From: Nitrospinaceae bacterium
Lineage (GTDB): Bacteria > Nitrospinota > Nitrospinia > Nitrospinales > Nitrospinaceae
Direction: 5' to 3'
Assembly (NCBI GenBank): GCA_965237905.1
Contig: OZ250172.1
Span: 2,656,001 to 2,720,000 of the forward strand
DNA length: 64,000 bases
Shown: piece after piece, positions 57,866 to 64,000 of the stretch
Layout of the letters: every line of letters begins with the position of its first letter
Position numbering within the stretch: position 1 is the first letter of the stretch
Notes under the pieces: generated by a model
What the model saw: only the letters and a program-made list of their open reading frames with translations
What the model was told of the DNA's origin: nothing
Database searches by the model: none
Made by a program: the position numbers and the translations under genes

Positions 57866-59134
57866 ATGAACCTATACGACGTCATTATTATAGGAGCCGG
57901 ACCGGCAGGATGTGCCAGCGCCTTGTTCCTGCATCAAAAAGGACTGCGGGTGTTGGTGCTGGACCGGACCTCGTTTCCGCGCGACAAGGTGTGCGGCGAG
58001 TTCATCAGTCCCGCCGCTGATGATATTCTGGAAGAGCTCGGCGTTTTGTATGCCATTCAGGAATCCAACCCGGTACGATTGCAGGGTGTCGCCGTTTCTT
58101 CTTACGGCAAGCCGGAATTGTGCATCGATTATCCTCCGTGTCCCCGCCGGGTAAAGCCGATGACCAGCCTGTCGCTTCCCCGGTTGCAGTTGGACCATTT
58201 GCTGGTTCGGAAAGTGATGGAGCAGGGAGTGGAGGTTCGGGAGCGACACGCGGTCGATGATTTTCTGTTTGAAGATAATCGGGTCACGGGCGTTAAAGGG
58301 CGAGACGAAGCCAACCGGCCATTTATGTTTTCCGCGTCCGTCGTGGTGGATGCCAGCGGGCGCAACGGTTTGTCCCTGCGCCGGCTGGGACTCATCAAGC
58401 CCCATCAGGGGCCAGGGAAAATCGCTCTCGCCGCGCATTGGGAAAACGTTCAGTTCCCGCATGATTACTGCTACATGCATATCAGCGCGCCCGGTTACAC
58501 GGGCATGGCACCGGTAGGAAACGATTCCGTCAACGTGGTGCTGGTGGTGGAGGACCGGCATGTTAGAGGGCGAGAGTTGGACGCGTTTTATCAAGCAGTG
58601 GTATTGGGCAACGAGCGGCGTCAATCACTGCTGGCGGGAGCCCGATTAGAGGAGCGGGTGCGGTCGGTGGGATCGCTGTCTTATGATGTTCGGCCCGTTC
58701 GTTGCGGTGGTTTGGTTCTGGCCGGAGACACAACGGGGTTCATTGATCCGTTTACGGGGGAAGGCATCTATCTTTCGCTCCGGAGTGCCCAGTTAGCGGC
58801 CGGGGTTGTTCAGCAGGCGTTTGCGGCGGGGGATTTCTCAAGGGAATTTCTGGCGGAGTACGACAGGCAGAGAGAGGAGGAATTCCGTAAGAAATTTGTC
58901 CTCAGCCGGATCCTGCAGAAATTCATTTACCGGCGCCGGTGGTGTGACGCGGTGGTGGCATTGCTTCGGCGGAACCCTCAAATGGCGCAAACGCTGGTGG
59001 GCGTTATTGGTGATTACTTTCCCGCCGACCGCGTGGTGTCCTGGCCGTTTCTTTTAGAGGGGATTCGAGGTGCGATTTTGCCCAAACCTGAAGCCGCGCC
59101 ACAACCCGTGAGCGCGGCCGGTCTGGGTGAATAG
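57866..59134 (+). CDS. FAD-dependent oxidoreductase (geranylgeranyl reductase-like)
   Basis: IGAGPAG, FPRDKVCGE, DASG, GD..GFIDPFTGEGI. Confidence 0.85.
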   Translation: MNLYDVIIIGAGPAGCASALFLHQKGLRVLVLDRTSFPRDKVCGEFISPAADDILEELGVLYAIQESNPVRLQGVAVSSYGKPELCIDYPPCPRRVKPMTSLSLPRLQLDHLLVRKVMEQGVEVRERHAVDDFLFEDNRVTGVKGRDEANRPFMFSASVVVDASGRNGLSLRRLGLIKPHQGPGKIALAAHWENVQFPHDYCYMHISAPGYTGMAPVGNDSVNVVLVVEDRHVRGRELDAFYQAVVLGNERRQSLLAGARLEERVRSVGSLSYDVRPVRCGGLVLAGDTTGFIDPFTGEGIYLSLRSAQLAAGVVQQAFAAGDFSREFLAEYDRQREEEFRKKFVLSRILQKFIYRRRWCDAVVALLRRNPQMAQTLVGVIGDYFPADRVVSWPFLLEGIRGAILPKPEAAPQPVSAAGLGE

Positions 59135-59171
59135 GAGTTCCAATGAGGTCTGGCCGGGGTGAAGAACCGTT

Positions 59172-59399
59172 TTAACTTGGGCTCGCCTGATATTGTTCGA
59201 TGATTTCAATCATCCGGTCCTTGCCTTTCAGCTTTTGTTTTTGTACGGTTTTCTTTTCCAGTTCCTGTTCCGGGGTCAGGAAATTCATTTTGTTCAATGC
59301 TTCCACCCGGTGTTTCAGATCTAAATGTTCCTGGTAGAGTTTTTTAAACTCCTCATTTTCGCCTTGGACTTTTTCCAGCAATGTCGGATCAATTTCCAT
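59172..59399 (-). CDS. DUF465/YdcH coiled-coil protein
   Basis: FKKLYQEH..L...KQKLKGKD. Confidence 0.7.
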   Translation of the reverse strand: MEIDPTLLEKVQGENEEFKKLYQEHLDLKHRVEALNKMNFLTPEQELEKKTVQKQKLKGKDRMIEIIEQYQASPS

Positions 59400-60105
59400 A
59401 GTTTGATCTCCTTTCGACTGATGATCTTCCCAAACTCAATTCGGCTTCGGATTTTCGTATGTAATTAATTTTTAGTTGATTTAAATCAAACTGTTTTTGG
59501 TGGGCAAACTGCCGCGAAGCCAGCAGAGCTGCGCCTGCGGCAGTGGAAAATTTGGGTTGAGCCTCGGATTCCACAAAGCGGGCACCGAGGGATTCTTTAA
59601 AAATTTCACGGTATCTTTCCACGCCACTGCCTACAAACAAGGCGGGGACTTCAATTTTTTCGCACAACCCTTGTGGAGAAAGTGCGCTTTCTTTTATGAG
59701 TGACCGTAGACTGTCTTTTTGAGATTCAAAGACCGCCGCGTACACTTCGCTCTTGCGGGCATCCAGTGCCGTGCAGATGGGATGCTTCGGGGAATCCAGA
59801 GTGCTGGCCAATGCTTCCAGAGAATTGATCCCTACGAAAGGTTTTTCCGTGGCCAGAACGAATCCTTTGAGCAGGCTGACGCCTATTCTCAGACCGGTGA
59901 AAGAGCCCGGGCCAATGGTCACCGCAAACCCATCCACATCGTCCAGACGAGATTTCCCCTCTTTCAGAACTTGGTCCACCATCTGTAAAAGGTATTTGGA
60001 ATAGGAAGGCTGAGGGTCGCCAATTTGTTCTGCGACGACCGCATCGTTGTTCAGGAGTGCAACACTGCAACCCGGAGTGGATGAGTCGATTCCTAAAATT
60101 CTCAT
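59389..60105 (-). CDS. tsaB: tRNA t6A modification protein TsaB
   Basis: ILGIDSS, GPGSFTGLRIG, DARKSEVY, YIRKSEAE. Confidence 0.92.
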   Translation of the reverse strand: MRILGIDSSTPGCSVALLNNDAVVAEQIGDPQPSYSKYLLQMVDQVLKEGKSRLDDVDGFAVTIGPGSFTGLRIGVSLLKGFVLATEKPFVGINSLEALASTLDSPKHPICTALDARKSEVYAAVFESQKDSLRSLIKESALSPQGLCEKIEVPALFVGSGVERYREIFKESLGARFVESEAQPKFSTAAGAALLASRQFAHQKQFDLNQLKINYIRKSEAELSLGRSSVERRSNYGN

Positions 60106-60557
60106 CGTTCCCCTGTCTGTTTCGTTGAGATACTTATAAAGTTCTGGTCAGAAGCTTACAGCTATAAGCCTCTTTTATTCAAGTTATTTCATTACTGAGG
60201 AAAAGTCAATATCGAACCCGGACCATTCTCCCGGGAAAGGTTGGTTCTCAAAATATATCCAGATAAGTTTTTAGTTGTCGGGGAGTTAAGTGGGGAAGTC
60301 TTCATGGGATGGGGCCGGGTTTTTTTGTGGGGAAAGGGTCTGCCATCAATCCTGAACCTGCCCTCCGTGCCAGCTTGCTTGGTATTTATTGATTTTATTG
60401 AACTTATTCCTTGACAAAATAGGGCTTTCGATTTACTTTTACTTGGCATGCAATGTAAATTAATTGCAACTTATTGATTTTGAAACGATTAAAAATGTGA
60501 AAATCTCAACCCGTTTCATCCTATCGAAATATTCCATTAACTGGATGGAGGACTCTT

Positions 60558-60773
60558 ATGTTTTATGAAGTCAAGGTTCTGGATCAACAAGGCAAGGTAA
60601 AGAAAGTGATATCTTCCAAGCGATTGAGCAATAAGTACTGGAAACGGAACAATGAAGGGAAAGAATTCACTGGAAATATGGGAATGGAAGATGACGAACT
60701 CAATTATGAGTCCGGTTGGAGTACTCTCGGGAATTCCAAAAATAATCAGGTTAAACTGGACGAATCGGCTTAA
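60558..60773 (+). CDS. Small hypothetical protein
   Basis: GGAGG RBS; 71 aa. Confidence 0.6.
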   Translation: MFYEVKVLDQQGKVKKVISSKRLSNKYWKRNNEGKEFTGNMGMEDDELNYESGWSTLGNSKNNQVKLDESA

Positions 60774-60932
60774 CCTTCTGCCTCACCTCATTTTTCCATA
60801 GAACGATGGTATTCCTGCCTTTATAATTGAAAAATCAACTTGTATTAATCTGGAACAACCTTCAGAATCGTCATAATCTGAATCGCCAAGAACAAGAACC
60901 TGGCGTGAATATTAATCCCTGCCTCAAGTCCT

Positions 60933-62141
60933 ATGTATGTAACAAGTCCTATGTATGTAACCACAGACGAGGATCTTCCCGAGCTGATCCAAAAACTGGA
61001 AAACTGTGAAGTTCTGGCTGTGGATACCGAGTTTGTCCGGGAAAAAACCTATTTTCACCGGTTGGGCCTCATTCAGATCGGTGGCGATGGTATTTACGGC
61101 GCGGTCGATCCTATTTCCGTAAGAAACCTGGAACCGTTGCTGGAGCTCCTGAAACGCCGGGATAAAATTAAGGTGTTTCATGCGGGGAAGCAGGATTTGG
61201 AAATCTTGTTCCGCTTGACCGGAGAGGTGGTTCAGCCGATATTCGATACCCAAGTAGCCGCGTCGATGGTGGGGTGGGGTGCCCAGATCTCATTCGCGAA
61301 AATCGTAAAAAAGGTTACCGGGAAAACAATTAATAAATCCGAGACCTATACCGACTGGTGCCGGCGACCTTTGCGGCAAAGCCAAATCGATTATGCGCTG
61401 GATGATGTCCGATATCTGGTTCCTGTCTATCATAAGTTGGTGAAGCAACTCGACAAACTGAATCGCACGGAATGGGTGGAAGATGAGCATCGGGAATTGG
61501 TTGATCCCTCCCACTTCGAGTTGCCGAATCCGCAAAAGGTGTACCTGAAAGTCAAAAACTTTCGCACGCTCAAGCCCAGGAACCTGGCTGTGTTGAGGGA
61601 ATTGGCGGCGTGGCGGGAAGAGCAGGCCATGCAACGGAATTGCCTGGCCAAATCTATCATCCGGGATGAGCCCCTGCTGGAAATCGCGCGAATCCTTCCG
61701 CAGTCCCGTAAAGAAATAGCGGATATCCGCGGGGTCAACTCCCGGGAAGTCAGTTCCAACGGTGATGAAATTATTGATCTCATCAAAAAGGGAATGAGTA
61801 TTCCCGAAGATCGGTATCCCACATTTCCCGAATCCTCTCATTACTCCACCGGTCGGGGTGTGGAGGAGCTACTCGCCGCGTTTGTTCAAATTCGTTCTGA
61901 AGTCTTAAAGATCGAGCCGCACATGCTGGCGGATCGAAAAATGATCCACAGCTTTGTCGAGTTCCATGAGAAAAAAGAAGATCTCGAACAGCACCCTCTG
62001 TTTCACGGTTGGCGAAAAGGCCTGATTGGGAGTGACCTGCATCTCCTATTGGAAGGCGAACGGGGGTTGTCCATCAATCCTGACGGTAAAGTGCAATTGA
62101 TTCCTGCTCCGGCCAATAACAAGCCTCCGAAAGAATCCTGA
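60933..62141 (+). CDS. rnd: Ribonuclease D
   Basis: AVDTEF, FHAGKQD, FDTQVA, DW..RPL, YALDDV, HRDC LAAWRE; alternative start at 60951. Confidence 0.9.
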   Translation: MYVTSPMYVTTDEDLPELIQKLENCEVLAVDTEFVREKTYFHRLGLIQIGGDGIYGAVDPISVRNLEPLLELLKRRDKIKVFHAGKQDLEILFRLTGEVVQPIFDTQVAASMVGWGAQISFAKIVKKVTGKTINKSETYTDWCRRPLRQSQIDYALDDVRYLVPVYHKLVKQLDKLNRTEWVEDEHRELVDPSHFELPNPQKVYLKVKNFRTLKPRNLAVLRELAAWREEQAMQRNCLAKSIIRDEPLLEIARILPQSRKEIADIRGVNSREVSSNGDEIIDLIKKGMSIPEDRYPTFPESSHYSTGRGVEELLAAFVQIRSEVLKIEPHMLADRKMIHSFVEFHEKKEDLEQHPLFHGWRKGLIGSDLHLLLEGERGLSINPDGKVQLIPAPANNKPPKES

Positions 62142-62159
62142 ACCATTCCGGTTTTCACC

Positions 62160-62837
62160 TCACAAGGTTTTCACCCATTGTTGGAATTCAGGCGTTTGGC
62201 GAAGGTTTGCCAGATCGGGATCGGACTGTGCATCATCGCGGTTTTTGTATCCCAGGCGGATCGATTGTTGAAGCGCTTCGAGACTGGCCGCCTCCTGATG
62301 GGTCAGGGAATAATAACAGGCGAGGTTGTAATAGAGGTGTGGGTTTTCGGGAACCTGCACCTTTAATGTATCGAGCGTCCTTTTTGCCTCTTCGTACTGT
62401 TGCCCTTTCAAATAGGCATTGCTCATATTGATATAGACTTCGTTCAGCGCTTTGTCATGGTGCAGGGCCATCTTGTAGTTCCGCACGGCCTCTTTCCAAT
62501 TCCCCTTGTTTAAAGATTTGTTTCCCTCGTTGTAGTGAAAAATAGCCATCCGGTGTTCCTTCACCGGGTCGACCGGGAGGGCTCCGGGATCGGGTGCCTG
62601 GCCGAAAGCTTCATTCATGGGCTTGGATGACTCCGGAGATCCAGCGTGATCATGCGAATGACCGTGACTCTGTGAAGGGTCGGAATCGTGATCCATGGGT
62701 TTGGGAGGAGGGCGATTTTGATCGCCGACCACAGTGAGTACCAGCAATAAAACCGACAACAGGAGGATGTAGGGTTTCCATGATTCGGGAACGCGTTTCA
62801 TGCCCCTAGCATACTTGATTTGACGGAGCAATTGCAT
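62160..62837 (-). CDS. TPR-repeat membrane-anchored protein with His-rich linker
   Basis: TPR units and YYNLACYYSL..DPDLANLR tail; HDSDPSQSHGHSHDH. Confidence 0.75.
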   Translation of the reverse strand: MQLLRQIKYARGMKRVPESWKPYILLLSVLLLVLTVVGDQNRPPPKPMDHDSDPSQSHGHSHDHAGSPESSKPMNEAFGQAPDPGALPVDPVKEHRMAIFHYNEGNKSLNKGNWKEAVRNYKMALHHDKALNEVYINMSNAYLKGQQYEEAKRTLDTLKVQVPENPHLYYNLACYYSLTHQEAASLEALQQSIRLGYKNRDDAQSDPDLANLRQTPEFQQWVKTL

Positions 62838-63011
62838 CTTTCCTGTTCCTCGAAATTCCGCAACAGATTGAAAAACAATCCTAATCCATATTTCCTTCAG
62901 GGGTATCTCATATCGTTTTGGATTTGGAGAGAAATTGGTTTACAATCGACCCGACGAACTGGCTCGCCAGTTTGCTTGACCTTCAAAAACCTCCTTCCCC
63001 AAGAGAACCGG

Positions 63012-64000
63012 ATGAGTATTCAGATTCTTCCAGATGACCTAGCCAACCAGATTGCGGCCGGAGAGGTGGTCGAGCGGCCTGCCTCGATCGTCAAGGAACT
63101 GGTGGAAAACTCCATCGACGCGGGCGCGACCCGCATCAGCATCGAAATTGAAGAGGCCGGGAAGAAATCCATCCGCGTGTCCGATAACGGATCGGGAATG
63201 GAACCGGAAGATGCCCGCCTGGCTTTTGAGCGGCACGCCACCAGTAAAATCCAGAGTGCGGGTGATCTGGAGAGTATTCGGTCGCTGGGGTTCCGGGGCG
63301 AGGCGCTTCCCAGCATCGCCTCCATCTCCCGTGTGCGCATGGCTACGGGAACGGGGAAAGGCCGCAACGGAACTGAGGTCTCGATTGAGGGCGGCGGTGT
63401 TTGCCAGGTGAAGGAAATTGCTTTTTCCCAAGGAACGACGATCGAAGTCAATCAGGTTTTTTACAACACCCCCGCGCGCCAGAAATTTTTAAAGAGAGAC
63501 GGCACCGAAGCGGCGCACATTACCCAGGTGGTCCAACAGCAGGCCCTGGCGCATCCGGAAATTCAATTCAGCCTGCACCACAACGGCCGGCAATTGTTGG
63601 CCACACTGCCGACTGATCAGGGACTGTACCGGATCGCGGAATTGTTTGGCGCCGATTTATCGAAGGAGTTGATCCGAGTGGAGAAGAATGACGGGACTTA
63701 CCGCATCGAAGGGTTCCTCTCCAGTCCTGTGTATACCCGGTCCAACCGTAATACGCAGTATTGTTTCGTCAATTCGCGCTTCGTCCGCGACAAGGTTCTG
63801 CTGTCGGCGACGCAACAGGGGTACAGTCATCTTCTGCCGCGAGGCCAGCATCCGGTTCTGTTTTTGTTCATGACGATGGACCCCGGTCTGTTGGATGTAA
63901 ATGTTCATCCCGCGAAGGCGGAAGTCCGGTTTGCATTTCAGCAGGACGTGTACCGGTTTGTCAGTCACGCAGTCCAAGATGCCCTGCAGGAAAACGAAAA
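63012..64000 (+). CDS. mutL: DNA mismatch repair protein MutL (5' part, runs off the window)
   Basis: My translation from ATG 63012: MSIQILPDDLANQIAAGEVVERPASIVKELVENSIDAGA..DNGSGM..RHATSK..GFRGEAL..DVNVHPAK.EVRF; absent from the ORF track because no stop falls in the window. Confidence 0.95.
   Translation, partial: MSIQILPDDLANQIAAGEVVERPASIVKELVENSIDAGATRISIEIEEAGKKSIRVSDNGSGMEPEDARLAFERHATSKIQSAGDLESIRSLGFRGEALPSIASISRVRMATGTGKGRNGTEVSIEGGGVCQVKEIAFSQGTTIEVNQVFYNTPARQKFLKRDGTEAAHITQVVQQQALAHPEIQFSLHHNGRQLLATLPTDQGLYRIAELFGADLSKELIRVEKNDGTYRIEGFLSSPVYTRSNRNTQYCFVNSRFVRDKVLLSATQQGYSHLLPRGQHPVLFLFMTMDPGLLDVNVHPAKAEVRFAFQQDVYRFVSHAVQDALQENE

Noticed and set aside
63020..63977. ORF-track ORFs in the last kilobase
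   Set aside because: They are alternative-frame shadows of mutL, which starts at 63012.

Overview
The window has two parts. Bases 1-~15720 are the right end of a largely AT-rich composite defence/mobile island. It is inserted in comM (yifB), which is cut just before its Walker A motif; the rest of comM must lie left of the window. The island carries a mini-element core (catalytic-less serine-resolvase remnant, HUH/rolling-circle Rep-like protein, short tyrosine recombinase, two repeat sets), a stand-alone HEPN protein, and a restriction-modification pair (Zn-HNH nuclease plus a fused double m4C-type methyltransferase with a putative N-terminal RHH domain). It also holds an orphan 3' half of tRNA-Lys(CTT) (att-like), and a CBASS operon (patatin effector, CD-NTase, E2/SEC-C protein) divergent from a capH/capP-like regulator pair that is followed directly by an exonuclease I (SbcB) homologue. 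Near its right edge are two single-gene cassettes bounded by conserved recombination-site-like arms. Bases ~15720-64000 are GC-richer core chromosome, probably of a Nitrospinota-like rTCA autotroph (inferred from aclB plus a long ~900-aa aclA). This part includes msrAB, a polyprenyl synthase, manC, an ABC exporter pair, rlpA, a cysK-thrC-like-sulfur carrier-moeB-cysM-ferredoxin operon, a radical SAM/SPASM protein, tsaB, rnd and the 5' part of mutL. It is interspersed with REP-like hairpin clusters, one inverted pair of which brackets a DUF559 nuclease, and AT-rich orphan immunity-like genes. No CRISPR array, rRNA or intact tRNA was seen. All calls come from reading motifs by eye; no database search was run.
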